Shown one piece after another: positions 39,253 to 48,235 of a stretch of 64,000 nucleotides of DNA. Within the stretch, counting starts at the first letter, position 1; every line of letters begins with the position of its first letter. A model generated the notes under the pieces. The model did no database searches. It had not been told where the DNA came from and worked only from the letters and a program-made list of their open reading frames with translations. The translations under genes were made by a program, and so were the position numbers. The DNA is from an uncultured Gemmatimonadales bacterium (GTDB taxonomy: Bacteria > Gemmatimonadota > Gemmatimonadetes > Gemmatimonadales > GWC2-71-9). The stretch lies in contig CAVYSW010000003.1 in NCBI GenBank assembly GCA_963771275.1, forward strand, positions 1,088,001 through 1,152,000, read 5' to 3'.

Positions 39253-41229
39253 CTACTTCTTCTCCCAGACGTTGTTGGCGCGATTCACGTCGGGGAACAC
39301 GCGCTCGGCGTCGATCTCGACCTTCACCACCGGCGATGACGTCTGCGCCACGTAATCGGCGCTCCGGGCACCTGCCAGCCAGTGCTCCACCGGAATCTCA
39401 GCCTTCAGTGTCTGCCCGTTGGCGAGCGTGATGGTAAGTCGCGCGGGCATGGGGGCGAGTCCCAGATCCGCGATGGTGATGGTCGTGCCGTTCCCGTCCG
39501 CCTTCACGTCCGCGACCGACTGATCGAGCGTCCAGGTATCGAAGTAGAACGCGCGCCAGAACCAGTCGAGATTGCGGCCGCTCACGTCGTTGAACGTGTT
39601 GAAGAAGTCCCAGGGTTGGGGATGCTTGAACGCCCAGCGCCGGATGTAGGTGTGGTACGTCTTGGCAAATGTCTCCTCGCCGAGCAGGCCGCGCAGCGTC
39701 CAGAGCAGCGTGGCCGGTTTGGCGTAGGAGGCCGTGCCGTAGGCGTAGCCGTCGTAATGGAAGTCCGACCAGCGCATGATCGGGCCTTCCTCATCGGTGC
39801 GCGTGATTTCGGCGTAGCCGTCGTAGTTCCCCAGCTCCCAGCGGCGGCCGGGATAGAACTCGTCTTCCGCCGCGCCGCCGTTGAACGACGTCGTTCCCTC
39901 GTCCATCCAGGAGCGCCGGCGCTCGTCGTTGCCCACGATCATCGGCACCCACATGTGGGCCAGCTCGTGCGCGGTGACGCCGTACAGGGCCGTATCGGTG
40001 GCGCCGGTGAACCCGCTGATCAGCGTCATCATCGGGTACTCCATCCCGCCGCCGATGATCCCGTCTCCTTCCACGGCGGTCATGTGCGGCCAGGGGTATG
40101 AGTAGCCGGTCCAGCGGGACAGGAAGTCGATCGAGTGCTGGACGTACCGCCAGGCCTTGGCCCAGCGGGGCGCGCTTGCCCGGTAGATCGCGTCGACGCG
40201 CGCGTAGTCCGGCCGGCCGTCGCCGTCCCGGTCCCCCACTGGCGTGCGGGCCGCGTCCCACAGCGAGGCGCGCGTGACGCCGTACGCCACGTCGCGCACC
40301 GAATCGGTCGTGAAATGCCAGCTCAGGTATCCCGTGGGTGCCCGCACCGTCTCCCGCCCCGGTCCGAAGTCCGCCGCGGTCAGCACGTGCACCACCGTGT
40401 CGCTCGACGTGGCTGCCCGCAGCCGCGCGACGATCGCGGGCGGCAGCACCGAGTCGGCGTTCGCGAGCCACCCCGTCCCCATTACCACCCAGCCTTGCGG
40501 CACTTCGAGCGTCACGTCGTAGTCGCCGTAGTCCATGTAGAACTCGGCGTTGCCGAGGAACGGGTCCATCTGCCAGCCGCCCACGTCGTCGAACACCGCC
40601 ATCTGTGGATACCAGTAGGCGAGATAGAACAGGTTGTCGCGGCTCCAGCCCATGCGGCCGGCCGCCCCCTGCTGCGGGATCTTGAAGCCGTAGTCGATGT
40701 CGAGCACGGCGGAGTCGCCCGGCCCGATCGGCTGGGAAGGTCTGACCTGGAGCCGCGTACCGTCCACCAGAAACCCGTTCGGCGCTCCGCGCCCGGTCGC
40801 CGGCGTGACTTCCGGGAGTTCCTCCGCCCGCGCCGTCAGGCGCTTGATCTCCATGCCGCCGGTCACTTCCACCTCTCGGTTCCGGATCGCGCCCTCGCTG
40901 TGGACATTCTGGATGAGCTGGAGCACCAGCACCGGGATGGTCAGCGGCGAGCGGTTGTGGTACACGATGTGCGCCGTCCCGTCGATCCGCTTCTGGGCCG
41001 TGTCCAGGCGAGCCCGAATCGTGTAGTCCGTCCAGTTCTGCCAGTAGCCGGGCCCCGGCGCGCCGTTGGGGCTGCGGGTGCCGCGCTCGATCGCCTGTCG
41101 GAACGCATGTGGTACGTCGATCGGATAGGGGAGGGGGCGCGGTCGCTCGCTCGCCTGCTGGGACATGAGGGAAGCGCTGCTGCTGGCGAGCAACAGCGCG
41201 ACGAGAGCCATGATCAAAGTGTTGCGCAT
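39253..41229 (-). CDS. M1 family metallo-aminopeptidase (secreted)
   Basis: Signal peptide; PGPGYWQN, WYPQMAV.D, GGGMEYP, HELAHMW...WMDEG, Y.KP. Confidence 0.93.
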   Translation of the reverse strand: MRNTLIMALVALLLASSSASLMSQQASERPRPLPYPIDVPHAFRQAIERGTRSPNGAPGPGYWQNWTDYTIRARLDTAQKRIDGTAHIVYHNRSPLTIPVLVLQLIQNVHSEGAIRNREVEVTGGMEIKRLTARAEELPEVTPATGRGAPNGFLVDGTRLQVRPSQPIGPGDSAVLDIDYGFKIPQQGAAGRMGWSRDNLFYLAYWYPQMAVFDDVGGWQMDPFLGNAEFYMDYGDYDVTLEVPQGWVVMGTGWLANADSVLPPAIVARLRAATSSDTVVHVLTAADFGPGRETVRAPTGYLSWHFTTDSVRDVAYGVTRASLWDAARTPVGDRDGDGRPDYARVDAIYRASAPRWAKAWRYVQHSIDFLSRWTGYSYPWPHMTAVEGDGIIGGGMEYPMMTLISGFTGATDTALYGVTAHELAHMWVPMIVGNDERRRSWMDEGTTSFNGGAAEDEFYPGRRWELGNYDGYAEITRTDEEGPIMRWSDFHYDGYAYGTASYAKPATLLWTLRGLLGEETFAKTYHTYIRRWAFKHPQPWDFFNTFNDVSGRNLDWFWRAFYFDTWTLDQSVADVKADGNGTTITIADLGLAPMPARLTITLANGQTLKAEIPVEHWLAGARSADYVAQTSSPVVKVEIDAERVFPDVNRANNVWEKK

Positions 41230-41327
41230 TGAGTCGGTGCCCTTGGCGCGGGAGAGTGCGAAAGGTGAACACGCCCAGCCCGGAAGGACAAGGGCGACGC
41301 CCTCACGCGTCGGGCCTCCGTGCAACG

Positions 41328-42035
41328 TCACCTCCGCTTGCCCAGATCCGTGAGTAGTTCGAGCTGGATCTCCTGAATCTGGACGAGGCGCTCCCACTGA
41401 TGCGACAGGAGGTGATCGACCTTCTCGTGCAGCTGCCTGATCTCGAGCTCGGCCTTGAGGTTCACCTGGTAGTCGTGCTGTGATCGTAGCCGGTCCTTCA
41501 CCTCCTGCCGGTTCTGGCTCATCATGATGATCGGGGCCTGCATGGCGGCCAGACAGGACAGTATCAGGTTGAGCAGGATGAACGGATAGGGATCGGGGGG
41601 GCGCCACAACAACACGAGGGAGTTCATCCCGATCCAGAGTGCCAGAAACGCGCCGAACACGATGAGGAACGTCCAGCTCCCACCGAACGAGGCGATCCGA
41701 TCGGCAAGCCGCTCGCCGAGGGACCAATCCTGCTCGAATTCCGCGTCCACGTTGCGGGCGAGCAGTTCGTGCTCGCGCAGGCTGTTCAGCACCTCCCGCT
41801 CGAGCGACGTGAGCTCGCCTTTCTCGGACTCCAGCAACCCCTGCACGTATCGGGTGCGGTAGGTCGTGAGGTCCGACCGGCAGATGAAGCTCTCCCCGGA
41901 CCACTCGGGGTGATCGCGATGGATCAGCTCGGCGAGCGCGTCACGGACCACGCCGCCCGCGACGACCTCCCGCGGGGGAAAGTCCTTCCCGCAAACAGCA
42001 CAGGTCCGGCGAAGATGATCTTGAGGCTTGGTCAT
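41328..42035 (-). CDS. DUF1003 domain membrane protein
   Basis: ADRIASFGGSWTF, DPYPFILLNL.LSCLAA.QAPIIMMSQNRQ...DR, VNLKAELEI. Confidence 0.92.
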   Translation of the reverse strand: MTKPQDHLRRTCAVCGKDFPPREVVAGGVVRDALAELIHRDHPEWSGESFICRSDLTTYRTRYVQGLLESEKGELTSLEREVLNSLREHELLARNVDAEFEQDWSLGERLADRIASFGGSWTFLIVFGAFLALWIGMNSLVLLWRPPDPYPFILLNLILSCLAAMQAPIIMMSQNRQEVKDRLRSQHDYQVNLKAELEIRQLHEKVDHLLSHQWERLVQIQEIQLELLTDLGKRR

Positions 42036-42130
42036 GAGGCTGCCTGGCGACGGGGCTCACAAAGGTCCCGCCCGCGTCGGCCGCGCACAAGGTACGGCGC
42101 GGGAAGCCGTGTGCGGCAGGCGGCTCCCGC

Positions 42131-43996
42131 CTACTTCGCTGGGGTCGGTGCCGAGATTCGCAGGGTGTAGCTGCTCTTGGTGGTGGTCCCGCTCAGGCTG
42201 GCCGTGACTTGCTGCTCGCTGGGTGAACGCGCCGGCGTCCAGCGTGTGGTGGCGTTGCCCGACTCGTCGGTGCGCACGCGGGCGGCGGAGAGCGCGCCGG
42301 AGCGGGTGGTGAACACCACGAGGGCGTTGGACACGGGATTTCCGTAGCTGTCCGTGACGGCCGTGACGAGTCGGACGGCGACGCCGGCCCTGCCCCTGGC
42401 CGGCGGGTCCCGAAACGCAACGTTGGCGGCGGATCCGGGACGCGCCCGGGCCGTGATCGTAAGGGCAGAGTCCACACCGGCCGCTCGCACCGCCAGGACC
42501 TGCGACCCCGCGGCCGGGGCCAGCGTCCAGCGGAGCGCCGCGCGCCCGGTGGAGTCGGTCAGTGGAGCGGTGTCCACGACCGATCCGTGTGCCGCGCGGA
42601 CGCTGAGCGGAACGGCGGGGACGCCATTCCCGTGCGGGTCGCGGACGACAATGACCACGGCCTGCGGCAACACGGCCCCAACCGGTCCGCTCTGGGCCGT
42701 GCCGCTCAGGACGGCCATCGTCGCGGGGGCGGCTGCGGCCGCCCTGGCCGAAATGGTCAACGGCGGGATCGTACGCGGGTTCCCCACCTGGACGCGCAAG
42801 CGCTGGCGGCCGGCGCGGGGCCCCAACGTCCAGCGGGCGCGTGCCTCACCTAGGGTGTCGCTCCGCGCGTCGAGCGGCGCGACGCTGCCGCCATCCAGAG
42901 CCGTCCAGGCAATCGGCACGTCGGTCAGCGCGGCGCCGGTCGAGTCCGCGACGCGCACCGCCACGGGCTCACCGAGCAGCTCATCCACTCGACTGATGAG
43001 CGCTTCGCTTACGGCCACGACCTTTGTGTTCCGGGGTAAGGGGTCCGCTTCGGCCACGATGGTGAGCGTGCTGTCGAGTAGTGCCACGCTCGCCAGCAGC
43101 GCCTGCCGGCCGGGACGGGGGCCCAGGGTCCATGCGATGCGCGCGCGTCCGTCCCGGTCGGCGATCGCCGTAGCGGGCTCCACGCGACCCTCTCCATCTA
43201 CCGGCGTGAAGGCTACGGTCACCCCCGGTACCGCCGCGCCGCCGCGCGAGAGCACACGCACCGCGATCGGCAGCGGCAGAAGACGGCCCGCGGGCACGCG
43301 CTGATCCCCGCCGGCCGCCAGGGTGATCGCCGCCGGCGCCACGTCCACGCGTGTCGCGATGCGGGCCTCGTGACCGCCGCTCGCGGCGGTCAACACCGTC
43401 CAGCCGGGAGCGAGCGCGACGGCGCGCCCCAGGGAGTCGATCGCCACGATCGCGGAGTCGGCGGACCGCCAACGTGGCATCGCCTCGTGGATGCGATGCC
43501 CGCGCGCGTCGAGCGCGTAAGCCGCGAACGGCACCGTATCGCTCTCGAGCAGCCGGACGACCGTGTCACCGGGAATCTCGACACCGGTTGGCAGCTGCCG
43601 CACGGTGATGAACGCCTCGGCCTTGATCTCGCGCACGGCCACAGTGATGCGGGCGGTCCCAGGTCCCCGCGCCACCACGTTTCCGGAGGAGTCCACGGCG
43701 GCGACAGCCGTGTCGCTGCTCCGCCAGGCAAGCGGCACACCGGTCAACGTCGCCCCCGCCTTGTCGGTGACGGTGGCGGCCAAGCCCGTGGTGTCGCCGA
43801 GTGCCGCGAGGGTGTCGACGCGCGGAGTGACCCATATGCGGCGGGCGGAGTACTCGGCCAGACCCATCATCTGGCTCACACCCAGGTTCCGGGCGTTGAG
43901 CAGCAGCGCCGTGAGCGCGGCGCCGGTGGTGATCATCGCCGTGAACCACTTGCCGGCGTTGCTGAGCCGACCGGCAGACTGAACCGATCGCTTCAT
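42131..43996 (-). CDS. Ig-like (Big) repeat protein with N-terminal membrane anchor
   Basis: WRSSDTAVAAVD..G.V.A.GPG.A.IT (Big_2); repeated GDQ/AQSG...P.P..V.V...G.A...WTLG (Big_1-like); start 43996 or 44011. Confidence 0.8.
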   Translation of the reverse strand: MKRSVQSAGRLSNAGKWFTAMITTGAALTALLLNARNLGVSQMMGLAEYSARRIWVTPRVDTLAALGDTTGLAATVTDKAGATLTGVPLAWRSSDTAVAAVDSSGNVVARGPGTARITVAVREIKAEAFITVRQLPTGVEIPGDTVVRLLESDTVPFAAYALDARGHRIHEAMPRWRSADSAIVAIDSLGRAVALAPGWTVLTAASGGHEARIATRVDVAPAAITLAAGGDQRVPAGRLLPLPIAVRVLSRGGAAVPGVTVAFTPVDGEGRVEPATAIADRDGRARIAWTLGPRPGRQALLASVALLDSTLTIVAEADPLPRNTKVVAVSEALISRVDELLGEPVAVRVADSTGAALTDVPIAWTALDGGSVAPLDARSDTLGEARARWTLGPRAGRQRLRVQVGNPRTIPPLTISARAAAAAPATMAVLSGTAQSGPVGAVLPQAVVIVVRDPHGNGVPAVPLSVRAAHGSVVDTAPLTDSTGRAALRWTLAPAAGSQVLAVRAAGVDSALTITARARPGSAANVAFRDPPARGRAGVAVRLVTAVTDSYGNPVSNALVVFTTRSGALSAARVRTDESGNATTRWTPARSPSEQQVTASLSGTTTKSSYTLRISAPTPAK

Positions 43997-44095
43997 GGGA
44001 ATGCCTGGCATAATCCCCAGTCTCTTAACGCGCGCCCGGGGTCGCCGCTGTGCCGCAGCGCACAGTTGGCGATCGGGGTGCGGTCTGGGGTCAGA

Positions 44096-44962
44096 TCAGT
44101 GATGCCTGATGATGAAGAGGAATGGCTCGCGAAGCGTCGAGGGAACGGGCCGCCCGTCGCAGGTGGCGGGCCGGAACACGGTTCCCGCGACCACGTGGCG
44201 CGCCACCACCGTGAACGCAGGGTGAGGACTGGCAAGGACCTGAAGCGTTTCGTCGGTCACCACATGACCGGTCGTGTCGACCGTGAAGCTCAGGACGACC
44301 ATGCCCGGCATGCCGCGATCTGCCAGCTCCGGGGGATAGAGCGCCGGCGGCTCGGAGGCGCGCTCGGCTGGCCGGAACCTCGCCCCACCACATCCGCACG
44401 GGTCGAGCGCGCAGGACTCTTGGAGCGGGACCAAACGGCTCCGCCTGGCACCCTGCGACAGCGCCGCGAACAACTCGGTCGCCTGTGCGCGCTCGATCCG
44501 GAACGTCAGGCTCCGTCCGTATTTCGGATTGAACGACAGCAGCACGCCGGCGCTCCAGCGCTTGCCTTCGCGCTTGCGCGCGACGATGAACCGCCCGCCT
44601 TCCAGGTCCGCCAGGGGCTGAGCCGCGAGCTGATTCGGGGGGTCGGCGGGCCCCGCGCGATCCGGGAGCAGGAGCAGCTCCACCTCCGCAAGCCACGAGG
44701 TGACGCTGTTCGGATCGTAGCTCCCGGCGAACCAGCGGAGCTCTTCTCCCGCCTCACGGCTGACCACGTAGGCGCTCGCCCACAGCTCCACGCCATGTGC
44801 CGTGTCCGATCGAACGAGAAACGCCATGCTCTCCCAGGAGAGCTGGGTGGTCATGGAATCCGGCTGCTGCGCGATCGCCGGTATCGGAAGGCTGAGCACG
44901 GCTGCCACGGCCGCGAGACGCGCGGCCGTCAATGGCCGGGAGGCGGAATGCCGAGTCGTCAT
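44096..44962 (-). CDS. Secreted protein with C-terminal TonB_C domain
   Basis: Signal peptide ...PAIA-Q; YPPEL..RG..G.VVLSFTVDTTG.V...FRPA..DGRPV. Confidence 0.75.
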   Translation of the reverse strand: MTTRHSASRPLTAARLAAVAAVLSLPIPAIAQQPDSMTTQLSWESMAFLVRSDTAHGVELWASAYVVSREAGEELRWFAGSYDPNSVTSWLAEVELLLLPDRAGPADPPNQLAAQPLADLEGGRFIVARKREGKRWSAGVLLSFNPKYGRSLTFRIERAQATELFAALSQGARRSRLVPLQESCALDPCGCGGARFRPAERASEPPALYPPELADRGMPGMVVLSFTVDTTGHVVTDETLQVLASPHPAFTVVARHVVAGTVFRPATCDGRPVPSTLREPFLFIIRHH

Positions 44963-45053
44963 GGGCGGGCTCACTGATGGAAGCGCTGTCACAAGATGAG
45001 CCAAACCGACCGGCGCGAGCAAGCGGCCGCCGGCCGGGCCCCATCGTCCGCCC

Positions 45054-45081
45054 TTCCATCGGCCACCGGGCGACCTATACT
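45054..45081 (+). promoter_or_regulatory. Putative sigma70 promoter of the first korAB pair
   Basis: TATACT 45076-45081 with weak TTCCAT 45054-45059. Confidence 0.45.
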
Positions 45082-45118
45082 TCGAAACACGCCCCAGCGT
45101 TGAAAGGCCCATACCGTC

Positions 45119-46987
45119 ATGGCCTCCCCTATCGCCTCCCGCTCCGAGCGCGAGGTGCGCGACGCCGTCGTCATCCGGTTCGCCGGTGACTCCGGCGACG
45201 GCATGCAGCTCACCGGCCTGCAGTTCACGCAGGAGACCGCGCTGGCCGGCAGTGACCTCGCGACCTTCCCCGACTACCCGGCCGAGATCCGCGCGCCGGC
45301 CGGGACGACCTATGGCGTCTCGGCGTTCCAGATCCAGTTCGGCGCGCGCGACATCGCCACGGCGGGCGACGAGCTCGATGTCCTCGTCGCGATGAATCCG
45401 GCGGCGCTCAAGGTGGGGCTCGCCGACGTCCGCATGGGTGGCACCGTCGTCGCGGACACCGGCGCCTTCACCGAGCGCAATCTCCAGAAGGCTGGCTACA
45501 CGGCGAGCCCGTTCGACGACGAGGCGCTGGCGCCGTACCAGTTGCTGCGACTCGACATCACGCGCCACACCCTCGACGCCGTCGACGGCCTCGGCCTGTC
45601 CCAGAAGGAGGCGCTCCGCTGCCGCAACATGTGGGCGCTGGGGCTGATGCTCTGGATGTACGGCCGCTCCCGCAAGGCGACGCAGCAGTGGGTCGAGCGG
45701 AAGTTCGCCGCCGAGCCGCCGGTCCGTGACGCCAATCTGCGCGCGCTCAACGCGGGACACGCGTTCGGGGAGACGGCGGAGATGCCCTCGCACGTGGCCG
45801 GCTACTCCGTCGCGGCCGCACAGCTGCCGCCGGGCACCTATCGCACGGTGAGCGGAACGGAGGCGCTGGCCTGGGGGCTGGTGACTGGTCTCAAGGCCGC
45901 CGGCCTCGATCGCCTCGTGCTGGGCTCCTACCCGATTACCCCTGCCTCACCGTTGCTGCACACCATGGCGGGCTTCCAGGATTACGGGGTCGTCACGTTT
46001 CAGGCCGAGGACGAAATTGCCGCCGTGTGCGCCGCGATCGGAGCGTCGTATGCCGGAGCCCTCGGCGTCACCTCGAGCTCCGGTCCGGGAATCGCGCTCA
46101 AGACGGAGGCGATCGGGCTCGCAGTCGCCACCGAGCTCCCGCTGGTGATCGTGAATGCGCAGCGGGCGGGGCCGTCCACCGGCTTGCCGACCAAGACTGA
46201 GCAGGCCGACCTCCACCAGGCAGTCTTCGGTCGGAATGGCGACGCACAACTTGTAGTAGTTGCAACAGCAACTCCCTCTGATTCGTTCGAGGTCGCCATT
46301 GAGGCGGTTCGCATCGCCACCAAGTTCATGACACCGGTCATGTTGTTGACTGATGGGTTCTTAGCGAACGCCGCAGAGCCATGGCTCATCCCTGACGCCG
46401 ACGCGGTCGAACCGTTCCCCGTCCGGTTCCGGGAAGACCCCGACGGCTTTCGCCCGTTCGCCCGCGACGACCGGACGCTCGCCCGGCCGTGGGCACCCCC
46501 AGGCAGGCCGGGTCTCGAGCACCGGCTCGGCGGGCTCGAGCGCCACGCGACCACCGGCAACATCTCCTACGATCCGGACAACCATCAGTTGATGACGGAT
46601 CTCCGCCTCGAGAAGGTGCGGCGGGTCGCGGCCGATATTCCGCTGCAGCAGGTGGCGGTCGGCGAAACGACGGGCACCGTGGCCGTCGTGGGCTGGGGCT
46701 CGACGTTCGGGCCGATCCAGCAAGCCGTGCGCAATCTGCGAGAGCGCAACCTGTCGGTCTCGCACATTCATCTCCGCTATATCTGGCCGCTGCCGCGCAA
46801 CCTCGGCGACCTCCTCAAGCGCTTCGACCAGGTGCTGGTCCCCGAGATGAACGCGGGGCAGCTCCTCACGTTGCTCCGGAGCCAGTACCTCGTCCCGGCC
46901 GAGGGGATCAACAAGGTCACCGGCAAGCCGTTCAAGGTGGCGGAAATCGAGCAGACGGTGATGCGTCGTCTGGAGGGGCGATCATGA
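45119..46987 (+). CDS. korA: 2-oxoacid:ferredoxin oxidoreductase alpha subunit (probably 2-oxoglutarate), copy 1
   Basis: IRFAGDSGDGMQLTG, PAEIRAPAGT, SYPITPAS, QAEDEIAA, SSGPGIALK.E, QRAGPSTGLPTKTEQ. Confidence 0.92.
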   Translation: MASPIASRSEREVRDAVVIRFAGDSGDGMQLTGLQFTQETALAGSDLATFPDYPAEIRAPAGTTYGVSAFQIQFGARDIATAGDELDVLVAMNPAALKVGLADVRMGGTVVADTGAFTERNLQKAGYTASPFDDEALAPYQLLRLDITRHTLDAVDGLGLSQKEALRCRNMWALGLMLWMYGRSRKATQQWVERKFAAEPPVRDANLRALNAGHAFGETAEMPSHVAGYSVAAAQLPPGTYRTVSGTEALAWGLVTGLKAAGLDRLVLGSYPITPASPLLHTMAGFQDYGVVTFQAEDEIAAVCAAIGASYAGALGVTSSSGPGIALKTEAIGLAVATELPLVIVNAQRAGPSTGLPTKTEQADLHQAVFGRNGDAQLVVVATATPSDSFEVAIEAVRIATKFMTPVMLLTDGFLANAAEPWLIPDADAVEPFPVRFREDPDGFRPFARDDRTLARPWAPPGRPGLEHRLGGLERHATTGNISYDPDNHQLMTDLRLEKVRRVAADIPLQQVAVGETTGTVAVVGWGSTFGPIQQAVRNLRERNLSVSHIHLRYIWPLPRNLGDLLKRFDQVLVPEMNAGQLLTLLRSQYLVPAEGINKVTGKPFKVAEIEQTVMRRLEGRS

Positions 46988-48003
46988 CAGCCACGACCGA
47001 GCTCCGCGCACAGCCCAGAGACTACGCGTCCGATCAGGAGGTCCGTTGGTGTCCGGGCTGCGGCGACTATGCGATTCTTAAGGGTGTGCAGAAGGCGTTG
47101 GCCGATCTCGGTGCCCGGCGGGAGCAGACGGTGTTCGTTTCAGGGATCGGCTGCGCGGCGCGCTTTCCATACTATGTGTCCGCGTACGGCTTCCACACGA
47201 TTCATGGACGCGCGCCCGCGATCGCGACTGGCATCAAGCTCGCGAACCCGGCGCTCGACGTCTGGGTCGTCACCGGAGACGGTGATGGCCTGTCGATCGG
47301 CGGGAACCACATGCTCCACGTGCTGCGCCGCAACGTGGACCTGCAGATTCTGCTGTTCAACAATGAGGTGTACGGCCTCACGAAGGGACAGTACTCGCCC
47401 ACGTCGCGCCGCGGCTTCCGATCGCCCTCCACGCCGCACGGCTCGGTCGACAACCCCATCGCACCCGGCGCCTTCGCGCTCGGGGTGGGGGCGCGCTTCG
47501 TCGCCCGCTCGGTGGATACGCTCACACCGCATCTCGTCGAGGTGCTGAAGCGTGCCCACGCGCATCACGGAGCGTCGTTTGTCGAGGTGTTTCAGAACTG
47601 CGTCGTGTTCAACGACGGAGCATTCGCCAGCTTCACGGAGCGGGCCGCGGCCGCGGACACTCAGCTGCACCTGGAGCATGGCAAGCCCATGGTGTTCGGC
47701 CGCGAGCGCACCCGCGGAATCCGCGTCAAGCCGGGCACGCTGCACCTCGAGGCCGTGACGCTCGGCGAAAATGGGGTGGGGATGTCCGACCTCCTGGTGC
47801 ACGACGAGACGGACCGGACGCTCGCGCAAATGATGGTCGACTTGCGGCCGCCGACTCTCCCCATGGCCCTCGGGGTGGTCTATTGCGACCCCGCACCGTC
47901 CTACGAGGATGAGGTCCTGGGCCGGTCTCGAGCGTGCGCCGTCAAGGCGTTGAATATCAATGAGTTGCTCAGGCATGGCCGAACCTGGACTATCGGGAGT
48001 TGA
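46984..48003 (+). CDS. korB: 2-oxoacid:ferredoxin oxidoreductase beta subunit, copy 1
   Basis: WCPGCGD, SGIGC, HTIHGRA, GDGD.LSIGGNH, NNEVYGLTKGQYSPT, QNCV. Confidence 0.92.
   Translation: MTATTELRAQPRDYASDQEVRWCPGCGDYAILKGVQKALADLGARREQTVFVSGIGCAARFPYYVSAYGFHTIHGRAPAIATGIKLANPALDVWVVTGDGDGLSIGGNHMLHVLRRNVDLQILLFNNEVYGLTKGQYSPTSRRGFRSPSTPHGSVDNPIAPGAFALGVGARFVARSVDTLTPHLVEVLKRAHAHHGASFVEVFQNCVVFNDGAFASFTERAAAADTQLHLEHGKPMVFGRERTRGIRVKPGTLHLEAVTLGENGVGMSDLLVHDETDRTLAQMMVDLRPPTLPMALGVVYCDPAPSYEDEVLGRSRACAVKALNINELLRHGRTWTIGS
47955..47967 (+). promoter_or_regulatory. IHF-consensus site in the korB1 3' end
   Basis: TATCAATGAGTTG matches WATCAA-N4-TTR, inside a locally AT-rich stretch upstream of TACCAT (48062-48067). 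Confidence 0.45.
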
Positions 48004-48235
48004 GTTGTCGTCTTAAAGGTGTCTTCATGGAAAACTTCGGCGGTGGTTCCCGCATCGCCTTTACCATTAGGACGCTGTTCGCATAGGAGCGCCGTTACGA
48101 AACCGCGACCGTGGTCGCGTCATGCCGCGAGGGATCTGGGGGACAGTCACTGGCTGTCCCACTGCGCGGCGGACCGGGCCCGGTCGCGCTTCGTGGACGG
48201 CTGATGGGTTCCTGAACCTCAGCTCAGGTCTGCAC

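Noticed and set aside
47950..47960. TTGAATATCAA as an FNR box
   Set aside because: Half-site spacing does not fit TTGAT-N4-ATCAA; the IHF consensus fits better
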